From contig CAYGBC010000045.1 in NCBI GenBank assembly GCA_964348015.1, positions 1,784-65,783 of the forward strand: 64,000 bases of DNA, given 5' to 3'. The position numbers and the translations under genes are program-made. Source of the stretch: an uncultured Eubacteriales bacterium (GTDB lineage: Bacteria > Acidobacteriota > Aminicenantia > Aminicenantales > Aminicenantaceae). Under the pieces are notes generated by a model, which saw only the letters and a program-made list of their open reading frames with translations, was not told the origin of the DNA and ran no database searches. The stretch's first letter is position 1, and each line of letters starts with the position of its first letter. Below, piece by piece: positions 55,401 through 62,814 of the stretch.

Positions 55401-56351
55401 ATCACTCTGGCTGACAGCCAGGGCCGAGTGCAGCGCGTCAATCATGAATTCTCCCGATTATTCGGATACACACAAGAAGAAGTCGCCGATAAATTTCTGG
55501 ATGACCTGATCGTCCCTCCGGACTTCAAGAAGACGGCCACATCGATCACACGGGACGTCGCGAAGGGGGGAAGAGCCGCTTTCGAGGCCATCCGCTGCCA
55601 CAAGGACGGAACATTGATCGATGTATCGGTTCTTGCGTCTTCGATTATCATAAATGACAAGCTCGTCGGGACCTACGGCATCTACCGAGATATTACCGAA
55701 CGCAAGACAGCCGAAGATCAGATCAAAGCGTCGCTCAAAGAGAAGGAGATTCTTCTTCAAGAAGTCCATCACCGGGTGAAGAACAACATGCAGATCATAT
55801 CCAGTCTCCTCAACCTGCAATCCAGGCATATCACGGATGAGAAGTCTTTAAAGCTGTTCAAGAGCAGTCAAAGCCGAGTCAAATCCATGGCTCTCATCCA
55901 TGAGAGGCTGTATCAATCCAAAGACTTCACGCGCGTGGATGTAGCCAACTATATTCGGGGACTGACCAACCACCTGTTCACCACATACGGAATCAGCAAG
56001 GAGGCCATAGGCCTGAAAATCAACATCAAAAACATTATCCTGGGCATTAACACCGCCATTCCCTGCGGTCTGATCATAAACGAGCTTGTTTCCAACTCTT
56101 TGAAGCATGCTTTCCCGAACGGGAAAAAGGGCGAAATTCAAATCTCGATGCGCCCGTTGAACGGAAATGAAGTCGAACTGACTGTCCGCGACAATGGAGT
56201 CGGCATGCCCGAAGACGTGGATTTCAACAACACGAAATCTCTGGGCCTGTACCTGGTGAACATACTGGCAAAAGACCAGTTGAACGGCGAGGTCAAAATA
56301 GACAAAAAGGAAGGGACCGGGTATCACTTTCGGCTGAAGATAAAAAGATGA
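52479..56351 (+). CDS. Cytoplasmic multi-PAS (8 modules) sensor histidine kinase, HisKA_2 type
   Basis: Eight PAS modules are each introduced by a D(I)(T/S)ERK(K/R)AEExL(R/K)ESEEKY-like linker. The C-terminus has EVHHRVKNNMQIISSLLNLQS and ELVSNSLKHAF...DNGVGMP. Confidence 0.92.
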   Translation: MKNIEKSKEQLLRELTELQKRNEELEITEIEQMQKEQVLRESEKKYSLLVESSTDMLFTVDLKGNFLFTNKAFKKCLGYSKEEMKRINGFALVHPEDMDKVKQQFAQIIAGNAVNDIEYRYKTKDGPYIHILNNAAPISDSEGNIVAALGIARDISYRKKIEEKLQVAHDELEQRVADRTAELLVSNEKLNEEIKERIRMEEALRESEAKLKIILENVRDVIFQLSLQGFIQYVSPNAESIYGYKLDQLIGRHFKKTTPMSDMPKAIKALNQVLSGKEIEHFEINQLNPKGKIIPTEINVTPVKKDGKIIAVQGVMRDITERKKAEATLRESEKKYRAIFESFHDVYFQADKEGRVVQISPSARAHAGYAPEDIIGHPVTDFYLEPEDRETFVQKLKETGAVNDYELKLKAKNGSVIETSISAHIAYGEDGEPNGVEGVLRDITERKRAEEALKESEEKHRDLIENLNEVIYSLDKNGKVTYVSPAVKSLLGYTPEEIESQAIGGMVHKDDLPGAREAIQKILSGKNQSHEYRIIAKSGKVRWILTSSRPILKDNRVTGIQGSLMDITERKKTEKELIESEKKYRDLIEKSIQGVVILQEGRIVFANRALAKIMGYTVKELLDFTPKKVKELVHPEDQELVWGRLKDRLAGKPQPPHYEYRSLRKDGNLVWLEMFASRIMFDGKPAIQGAVIDISERKHAEEALRESEEKYKTLVETSPDSVAATDMEGRIIFASPQTLKMLGYKRTQELVGKSAFDLIAPEDHERARKDSQKVIKDGFLKNIEYNMLKKDGKRLTGEFSSTLIRDLDGNPKMVIATTRDISERKKAEESLRENEERFRTMVETAPGMLMIADSKGNNIYVSPNCEKLTGYTQQELQNETKWWVHKDDTPQAKKIFKQTFQKGTGGKNYEYKAVKKNGDIWYASSTWEPLWGQKGQFLGVVMQTIDITERKKTEEELHAREAYLDHLFDSAQEAITLADSQGRVQRVNHEFSRLFGYTQEEVADKFLDDLIVPPDFKKTATSITRDVAKGGRAAFEAIRCHKDGTLIDVSVLASSIIINDKLVGTYGIYRDITERKTAEDQIKASLKEKEILLQEVHHRVKNNMQIISSLLNLQSRHITDEKSLKLFKSSQSRVKSMALIHERLYQSKDFTRVDVANYIRGLTNHLFTTYGISKEAIGLKINIKNIILGINTAIPCGLIINELVSNSLKHAFPNGKKGEIQISMRPLNGNEVELTVRDNGVGMPEDVDFNNTKSLGLYLVNILAKDQLNGEVKIDKKEGTGYHFRLKIKR

Positions 56352-56432
56352 CAAAGCACACAAACACTGTCGTTGAAGATCAAAGAATATTCCGCATCGT
56401 TCTTTCCCTTAAATGAGAGGAGGAACAGGAAA

Positions 56433-56810
56433 ATGAGAGAAAAGATACTCATCATCGATGACGAAAAAGACTTCACCTATTTTATCAAAGAAAACCTTCA
56501 GCTCATCAGCAACTACACCGTCCTCACCGCAAGAAGAGGAAGGAAAGGGATAAGGACAGCCCTTAAAGAAAACCCGGACCTTATCCTTCTCGATATGATG
56601 ATGCCCGGTCTCAATGGATATGAAGTCTTGAAAAGACTGAGGAAAAACGAAAAAACATATCATATTCCGGTCATTATGATGACAGAAAGCAGCTCTGATG
56701 TGTCATGGGACAAAGAATCTGGATTCTCGGCGGATGACACGATCGTGAAGCCGGTCGAAACCAAAATTTTAAGAGCCAAAATCCATAACATCCTCTCTCC
56801 GAGGACATAA
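56433..56810 (+). CDS. Single-domain response regulator
   Basis: KILIIDDEKDF...DLILLDMMMPGLNG...VKP. GAGAGGAGG SD. Start moved to Met21 of ORF 56373. Confidence 0.85.
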   Translation: MREKILIIDDEKDFTYFIKENLQLISNYTVLTARRGRKGIRTALKENPDLILLDMMMPGLNGYEVLKRLRKNEKTYHIPVIMMTESSSDVSWDKESGFSADDTIVKPVETKILRAKIHNILSPRT

Positions 56811-57018
56811 AATTTGAGCGCTGCAGAGTCTCCAGTGAGCGTCTCACATGAACATGAAGTCGTCAGGCGGGCGAAGAGAAATAAGCAGTTCCAATGCTTA
56901 CCTCGACCACCATTCCTTTCAAATTCAATTCCCCGCCTGACGATATTCTCTTAAAAGCCACACATTCCCCGCGCATCTCCATTGATTTAGTCATTCCAGA
57001 ATGTCAAAAACTTAAAAC

Positions 57019-57070
57019 AAAAAAGCGCACAGTCCCCGAAGAAAAAGCAGCCTGCCCCCATTTTTCCCCT
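57019..57070. repeat. Family 2 motifs
   Basis: AAAAAAGCGCACAGTCCCCGAAGAAAAAGCAGCCTGCCCCCATTTTTCCCC. Confidence 0.55.
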
Positions 57071-57190
57071 TTTTTCCTTTTTTGTTCGCCTTGATTTTTT
57101 TCCGGATTTAAGGAGAATTATTAACGAATTTCAAATATCGGCTGATTCATAAAAAACAACAGGACGTAAAAAAAGGATGATTTGGCAGCC

Positions 57191-58042
57191 ATGAAAAGAA
57201 AGCCGATTATTGCGGCCCTGCTGTCTTCCGTGACTCCCGGGCTCGGGCAGGTCTATAACGGCCAGATGATCAAGGGGATCATCCTCTTCTTCGCCACATT
57301 CCTGATCGTCATCCTGCTGTCCTTGACAGGTTTGCAGTTTCATTTCTACGGATTAATGGCCCTCATCATGATCACGCTTCTCTTTTGGCTGTTCATAGTC
57401 GCAGAAGCCTGGGTCGCAGCGACGAAAATCAAAGAGATCAGGCTGAAACCCTACAACAAGTGGCCTATCTACCTGCTGATTGTCCTGCTGGCTTTTGGGA
57501 TTGACGTAATCTCGACTGATTTTCTCCTCCATGACATCCTGGGTATCAGAGGATACAGAATTCAGTCAGGATCGATGCAGCCGACTCTCCGGGAAGGAGA
57601 CTACGTGATGGTCAACATCAAACACCGCGGGTCTCAAAAGATGCGGAGGGGAGACCTGGTCGTTTACAAATTTCCGGAAGACCCGTCCAAGGAGTTTCTC
57701 GGCCGCGTGATCGGACTGGAAGGGGAAAAACTCGAGATCCAAAACAAGTGGGTGTATGTGAATGACCGCCTTCTTCAGGAGGATTACAAAACTCATGAGG
57801 ACAGCCGGGTCTTCACCAAGAAAGATTCTCCTGACTCCGATTTTATTAGAGATAATTATGGCCCGGTGATCATCCCCTGGGGATCGTGCTTTGTACTGGG
57901 AGACAACCGCGACCACAGCCATGACAGCCGGTACTGGGGTTTTCTCCCTCTCAAAAATGTTACAGGTCAAGCTTCCTATATCTATCTCTCTTTGGATATC
58001 GTGCGAATCGGGAGGAGCTTGAGACGGCCGCAAGGTCAGTGA
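57191..58042 (+). CDS. lepB: Signal peptidase I with extended multi-TM N-terminus
   Basis: S26 motifs SGSMQPTL, GDYVMV and GDNRDHSHDSRYWGF. About 125 N-terminal residues with several hydrophobic helices precede the catalytic Ser. Confidence 0.9.
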   Translation: MKRKPIIAALLSSVTPGLGQVYNGQMIKGIILFFATFLIVILLSLTGLQFHFYGLMALIMITLLFWLFIVAEAWVAATKIKEIRLKPYNKWPIYLLIVLLAFGIDVISTDFLLHDILGIRGYRIQSGSMQPTLREGDYVMVNIKHRGSQKMRRGDLVVYKFPEDPSKEFLGRVIGLEGEKLEIQNKWVYVNDRLLQEDYKTHEDSRVFTKKDSPDSDFIRDNYGPVIIPWGSCFVLGDNRDHSHDSRYWGFLPLKNVTGQASYIYLSLDIVRIGRSLRRPQGQ

Positions 58043-58235
58043 AAACTGCGAGAATTCATGAAAAAGAAAAACAAGGCTCCATCTCCTGAAGAAAAATCTT
58101 TCTGGAAAAAATCACTCGCAAAACTGAAGAAATTTTTAAAAATTCTTTTTGCCTTGGGACTCGACAAGCATTTGGATTATGACCAAGAGGAGAAAAATTC
58201 CGAAAAATCGAAAGAGAAAAAAATGAGATGAGAGA

Positions 58236-58313
58236 AAGCTGGCTGTTCTAGGGAAATAAGCAAAAGGGGATTATTGGTAGGTATCCTGTCCAGCCAGCCA
58301 AACAGGATTTTTT
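58236..58313 (+). repeat. Direct repeat copy 1: GCTGGCTG...hairpin with CAGCCAGC loop, plus T-run
   Basis: GCTGGCTGTTCTAGGGAAATAAGCAAAAGGGGATTATTGGTAGGT-ATCCTGT-cCAGCCAGCCaa-ACAGGAT-TTTTT. Confidence 0.7.
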
Positions 58314-58580
58314 AGTATTATAACATAAATCATATAATATATGTAGTAATAATAAGTTTTTTTTAAAAAAAAATAAAATAATCCAAAAACAGCGCAGCCG
58401 AAAAATCCTTCCATGCTCGGTGAATCCAAGAAACCGTTTTGACATCCCGCATGCACCAGCGGAATCTGCGGCACACAGGCCCGGATATCCGAACACACCC
58501 ATTCCCTTCTCCATCCAGCTAAAAACACCGCATACTCCGGGATGATTGTGTATTTTTTGAGAATGATGAAAAAAGGGGGG

Positions 58581-58656
58581 GCGCTGGCTGTTTGAGGGGA
58601 AAAGAAGCAAAAGGGGTTGACTGTGAATATACCCTGCCCAGCCAGCCTAACAGGGT
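58581..58656 (+). repeat. Direct repeat copy 2 of the same ~75-nt element
   Basis: GCTGGCTGTTTGAGGGGAAAAGAAGCAAAAGGGGTTGACTGTGAATAT-ACCCTG-ccCAGCCAGCCtaa-CAGGGT. Confidence 0.7.
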
Positions 58657-58877
58657 CATCAATTTAGTCGAAGGACACTTGAAAAAATTGAATAAACAAA
58701 AAAAAATTTTAGCACAACGGATCAGCCCTCAATTTTTCCGCTTTGCATGGAGATACGATTTTTATTCTGATATTTTAAACTTCTTTATAGGGAAAGTGGA
58801 AAATTGAGACCTGACCCCTTTTTTGATTTGTGCCGTTTTCTGGTAAACTATTACTCAATTCGAAAAGGAGGTGACGC

Positions 58878-59165
58878 ATGGCCACCTATATCATCCTCAG
58901 CCGGATTTCTCCAGAAGCATTCAGCGATCCGTTCGAATTCAAAAAAATCGCCGAAAATGTGGCTTCAAGGATCAAGAAAGATTGTCCTGATGTCGTATGG
59001 AAGGAAAGCTATTCGACGACAGGCCGTTTTGATGTGGTGGATATTATCGAATCCGATAACGCGGACCAGGTGATGAAAGCCGCCATGATCATCCGGGCCT
59101 ACGGGCACTCAACAACAGAGACACTGGCCGGAATCCCCTGGGACGATTTCCTCAAAATGATTTAA
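58878..59165 (+). CDS. GYD-domain protein
   Basis: 95 aa. MATYIILSRISPEAF...GRFDVVDIIESDNADQVMKAAMII is typical of the GYD family. AAAGGAGG SD. Confidence 0.8.
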   Translation: MATYIILSRISPEAFSDPFEFKKIAENVASRIKKDCPDVVWKESYSTTGRFDVVDIIESDNADQVMKAAMIIRAYGHSTTETLAGIPWDDFLKMI

Positions 59166-59275
59166 AATCCAGTTATCAATAAAGCGCCCTGCTCACAGTC
59201 AAACGAATTATTCAATTTGACTCTTATTCCTTGACTTATTAGTATATACCTAAAAAATGCAAAAGGATTACGAGG

Positions 59276-61381
59276 ATGAAATGTCCTCAATGCCAATTTG
59301 AAAATCCCGCCCACATCCGTTTCTGCGGGAATTGCGGCGAACAACTGTTTCAATCTGAGGAACAAACCCTTTCCCCCACCAAGACGCTCAAAACACCCTT
59401 GATCGGGTTAGATATCGGGACTCTGTTCGCAGGAAGGTACCACATCATCGAAGAGCTGGGCAGAGGAGGAATGGGCAAGGTCTACAAGGTATTTGACAAA
59501 GAACTCAAGGAGAAGATGGCGCTTAAGCTCTTGAGACCCGAGATCGCGGCTGATGAAAAGATGATCGATCGTTTCAGGAATGAGCTGAAATTCGCCCGCA
59601 AGATCACTCATAAAAACATCTGCCGCATGTATGATTTTAACAAAGACGAAGAAAACAGCTACATCACTATGGAGTACGTGTCGGGTGAAGACTTGAAATC
59701 CTCGGTAACTCGGATGGGCCCGCTCAGCGCGGGAAAAACTGTTTTTTTAGCCAGGCAGATGTGCGAAGGGCTGGCTGAGGCTCACAAATTGGGAGTGATT
59801 CACCGTGACCTCAAGCCTCAAAACATCATGATAGACAGAGCAGGCAACATCAGGATCATGGATTTCGGAATCGCTCGCTCTGTCCAAGCCAAAGGAGTGA
59901 CGGCAACAGGAGTGATGATCGGCACTCCGGAATACATGGCTCCTGAACAGGTTGAAGGCAAGCACGTTGACCAGCGGGCGGATATCTATTCGTTAGGAGT
60001 GATACTCTTCGAACTTCTCACCGGAACTGTTCCTTTCGAAGGAGATACCCCGATAACCGTAGCAATCAAACATTTAAAGGACGAGGCTCCAGAGCCAAAA
60101 AAACTTAACGCGACTGTTCCCGATGATTTGAATAAAGTGGTGCTCAAATGTTTAGAAAAAGACAGGACAAAAAGGTACAAGAACGTAGAAGAACTGCTTT
60201 CTGCCTTAGATAAAATCGAAAAAGGAGTCCCCATCACAGACAGGATTGTGCCGGATAAAAAACCGACTCCTGTCGGCGAGACTCCTTTTTTTGGCAGTTA
60301 TGCCCGTGAAAAGCCACAAATTAAAAAGTACTTGATTCCGGCCCTTGCAGTGATCGCCGCAGTTATCCTGGTCATAGCCCTCATTAAACTCTTGCCTCTA
60401 CAGAAATCATCCGAGTCCTCACTTCCTCCTCCTCCAGCGCCCCCAACCCAAGAGGGAAAGATGGTCGTGAATTCTGTTCCCTCGGAAGCGAGTGTCTCCA
60501 TTGACGGGAATCGACTCGGGCTCACTCCGCTGACTTCACCCTTGTCTCCCGGGAAACACAGTCTTCGAATCGAAAAATCAGGATATGAGGAGATAACAGA
60601 AGAAATCGAAATCGTCTCGGCTCAAACCATAGAGAAAAAATACACTCTCGATAGAATCCAGACAAAACCCCAACCCCCGAGAAAATTGAATGTGAAAATC
60701 TCTACGGTTCCGTCTCCCGCGAACATCTATATAAACGACCTGTTTGTCACCAGCTCTCCGTTCAGCGGTGAATACGAAAGAGGGCGCTACACGATACGGA
60801 TTGAAAAACAAGGATACTCATCAGTCGAAGAAGAAATCGATCTCCGTTCAAATTTCTCCAAGACATACAGGTTGGAAAGGACCTACGGACGGTTCTCGAT
60901 CAGCGCTCATCCCTATGCCGAGGTCGAGATCGACGGAAAACCGATAGGGAAACCCGGAGAGAGAGTTCCTCCTGTGAAAGTCGTCCGAGTCACATCAGGG
61001 CCGCACAGGATCAAATTCATACTGAAAGATTATACCGTTCAAGAGATAACAGAGGAAAGAGAAGAATCCGTTCTGCCAGGAGAAACCAAAAGAATCCATC
61101 ACAAATTTGAAAATCTTCCTGAACCCGAGACGCAGACAAAGAGGGAAGAAACTCCTGCAGAAGAAACAGGAAAAGGATGGCTGGTCATCAATGCCTTTCC
61201 ATATGCCCAAATTGAGATCGACGGGAAAAGTTATAGGGAGGTTCCTCCCGTTCTTAAAGTCGAATTGACTGCGGGCAAGCATATCGTCAAGTTTACCGCC
61301 TCGCGGTTGAATAAAACGCATACCATGGGAGTGACCATCGCCAAGGGCGAGCGAAAAGAAATCATGCATAAATTCGATTAA
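59276..61381 (+). CDS. Membrane Ser/Thr protein kinase: zinc ribbon + Hanks kinase + TM + four PEGA-like domains
   Basis: CPQCQFENPAHIRFCGNCG zinc ribbon. Kinase motifs are HRDLKPQNIMI, DFGIA and GTPEYMAPE. The TM is LIPALAVIAAVILVIALI. Four repeats match the type VNSVPSEASVSIDG...G(K/R)H.(L/I)(R/K). Confidence 0.92.
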   Translation: MKCPQCQFENPAHIRFCGNCGEQLFQSEEQTLSPTKTLKTPLIGLDIGTLFAGRYHIIEELGRGGMGKVYKVFDKELKEKMALKLLRPEIAADEKMIDRFRNELKFARKITHKNICRMYDFNKDEENSYITMEYVSGEDLKSSVTRMGPLSAGKTVFLARQMCEGLAEAHKLGVIHRDLKPQNIMIDRAGNIRIMDFGIARSVQAKGVTATGVMIGTPEYMAPEQVEGKHVDQRADIYSLGVILFELLTGTVPFEGDTPITVAIKHLKDEAPEPKKLNATVPDDLNKVVLKCLEKDRTKRYKNVEELLSALDKIEKGVPITDRIVPDKKPTPVGETPFFGSYAREKPQIKKYLIPALAVIAAVILVIALIKLLPLQKSSESSLPPPPAPPTQEGKMVVNSVPSEASVSIDGNRLGLTPLTSPLSPGKHSLRIEKSGYEEITEEIEIVSAQTIEKKYTLDRIQTKPQPPRKLNVKISTVPSPANIYINDLFVTSSPFSGEYERGRYTIRIEKQGYSSVEEEIDLRSNFSKTYRLERTYGRFSISAHPYAEVEIDGKPIGKPGERVPPVKVVRVTSGPHRIKFILKDYTVQEITEEREESVLPGETKRIHHKFENLPEPETQTKREETPAEETGKGWLVINAFPYAQIEIDGKSYREVPPVLKVELTAGKHIVKFTASRLNKTHTMGVTIAKGERKEIMHKFD

Positions 61382-61399
61382 GGCTTAAAGAGAATACAA

Positions 61400-62251
61400 A
61401 TGAAAAATAAACTCAGTCAAAGGGCAGTGACCATTTCGGTTTTGATCTTTACTTTAACTCTCTCTTCCCCCTTGCTTGCGTTTGAAAAAAGCATCCCCCA
61501 ACAGAGCGAAACCGCAGAATTGATCAAAGCAGGAAAGGAATTGTACGAAAACGGAGAGTACAAAGAAGCCATCATCATGTTTTTGACAGCATTGACCAAG
61601 AGTCCATCAGTGGATGAACTTTCTGAAGCCTACTTCAACCTCTCTCTCGCCTATTTCGCTGATGGACAGAGCCAAAACGCAGAGGAGTATCTCCAGAAGA
61701 TGTTTGAAATTCAGCCGGATAAAACTATCGATGAACGGTACTACCCGCTGAGTTTTGTGGAATTATTTAACCGTCTGAAACCTGAATCCAAGACTGAGCC
61801 CCAAATAAAGCCCGAACCTGAAAAAAAATCTCCGATGAAAACACAACCCGAGGTTGAAGCCAAGCCTGAACGCAAGACAGAGGCGGTATCAAAAAAAGAG
61901 GCACAAGAAGCCAAAGAAACTCCGTCACATGTCGAAGAGGGCGATTTGCTCCCTCTCGATCAGGTGGACATACCTCCTGAACTGATCAAAAGAGTCAATC
62001 CGGAGTATCCGGCTGTCGCCAAGAGAATGAATATACAGGGGACTGTGATTATCAATGCCCTGATCTCTGAAAAAGGGGATGTCATCGACACTGCGATTAT
62101 TAGAGGAATCGAGGGGCCTTTCAGACTGAACGAGGCGGCTCAAAAGGCCGTTCAAAGATGGAAATTCAAGCCTGCCATGAAGGGAAACAAAGCCGTTAAA
62201 GTCTGGAAGCCGATCGCCATTAAATTCGCGGAAAAAAGAGCCAATCTCTAA
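61400..62251 (+). CDS. TonB C-terminal-domain protein with TPR-like N-domain and Pro/Glu/Lys-rich spacer
   Basis: PEYPAVAKRMNIQGTVIINALISEKGDV...AVQRWKFKPAMKGNKAV is the TonB_C fold motif. The spacer reads KPESKTEPQIKPEPEKK. Confidence 0.85.
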   Translation: MKNKLSQRAVTISVLIFTLTLSSPLLAFEKSIPQQSETAELIKAGKELYENGEYKEAIIMFLTALTKSPSVDELSEAYFNLSLAYFADGQSQNAEEYLQKMFEIQPDKTIDERYYPLSFVELFNRLKPESKTEPQIKPEPEKKSPMKTQPEVEAKPERKTEAVSKKEAQEAKETPSHVEEGDLLPLDQVDIPPELIKRVNPEYPAVAKRMNIQGTVIINALISEKGDVIDTAIIRGIEGPFRLNEAAQKAVQRWKFKPAMKGNKAVKVWKPIAIKFAEKRANL

Positions 62252-62351
62252 TGATCATTCCTTATTAGATTTATTATCAAAATTCGGGTGATTCCGGTTC
62301 CCCTCAAGGATTTTAACCCAGAAAAACTTCCCCGCGACTGTGCATAAAAAA

Positions 62352-62378
62352 GGGAAATGGAGAGGAGGTCCATTTCCC
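62352..62378. terminator. Bidirectional intrinsic terminator between convergent genes
   Basis: AAAAAA-GGGAAATGGA-gaggagg-TCCATTTCCC-TTTG. 10-bp perfect stem. Confidence 0.8.
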
Positions 62379-62405
62379 TTTGAATGCGAAATGCGCGTTT
62401 GAGTT

Positions 62406-62795
62406 CTACTCGACCCAGACTTTTATCGTGACATCCTCATCTTCATCCATGATTTCGATGAAAACCATCGGACCGTGCTTTTTCAGTTCTGCGAACACTT
62501 CTTTGAGGTCAATGTCGCAGTCATCTCCGATATCGAAGTGCTCCTCGTGCGAACATTTCAAAAAAGCTTCCACAACGCTGATCGGCAGCGTGACTTTGAT
62601 TTTGGTTTTTCCCGTTTCGTTATCCGTGATCAGCACTTTGAACCACTGGACTTCCTGTCCGGGCGTGTAGTCCGGATTCTTCTTGACAGCCTTCTTGACG
62701 GTCTGGACGTCATCGTTGACATCAGAGAAAAGAAGGCTCGGCAGGAAAATCGCAAACACAAACAGAATTAAGATTAAAATGACAGCTTTTTTCAT
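62406..62795 (-). CDS. Small exported protein of unknown function (shares a domain with the C-terminus of 62815..63654)
   Basis: Signal peptide MKKAVILILILFVFAIFLPS. The C-terminus is FIEIMDEDEDVTIKVWVE. Confidence 0.7.
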   Translation of the reverse strand: MKKAVILILILFVFAIFLPSLLFSDVNDDVQTVKKAVKKNPDYTPGQEVQWFKVLITDNETGKTKIKVTLPISVVEAFLKCSHEEHFDIGDDCDIDLKEVFAELKKHGPMVFIEIMDEDEDVTIKVWVE

Positions 62796-62814
62796 CTTAG
62801 GCCTCCAAATTTTT

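Noticed and set aside
58058-58231. 57-codon Lys-rich ORF (MKKKNKAPSPEEKSFWKKSLAKLKKF...) right after lepB
   Set aside because: No SD, highly biased A-rich composition, and below the track cutoff. It could be real, but nothing beyond an open frame supports it.
58248-58610. Minus-strand ORFs of 120 aa and 85 aa spanning the gap between the two direct repeats
   Set aside because: They run through the extreme AT tract (YYYYIYYMIYVI...) and the repeat hairpins, have no SD, and have implausible composition. The region is better explained as non-coding.
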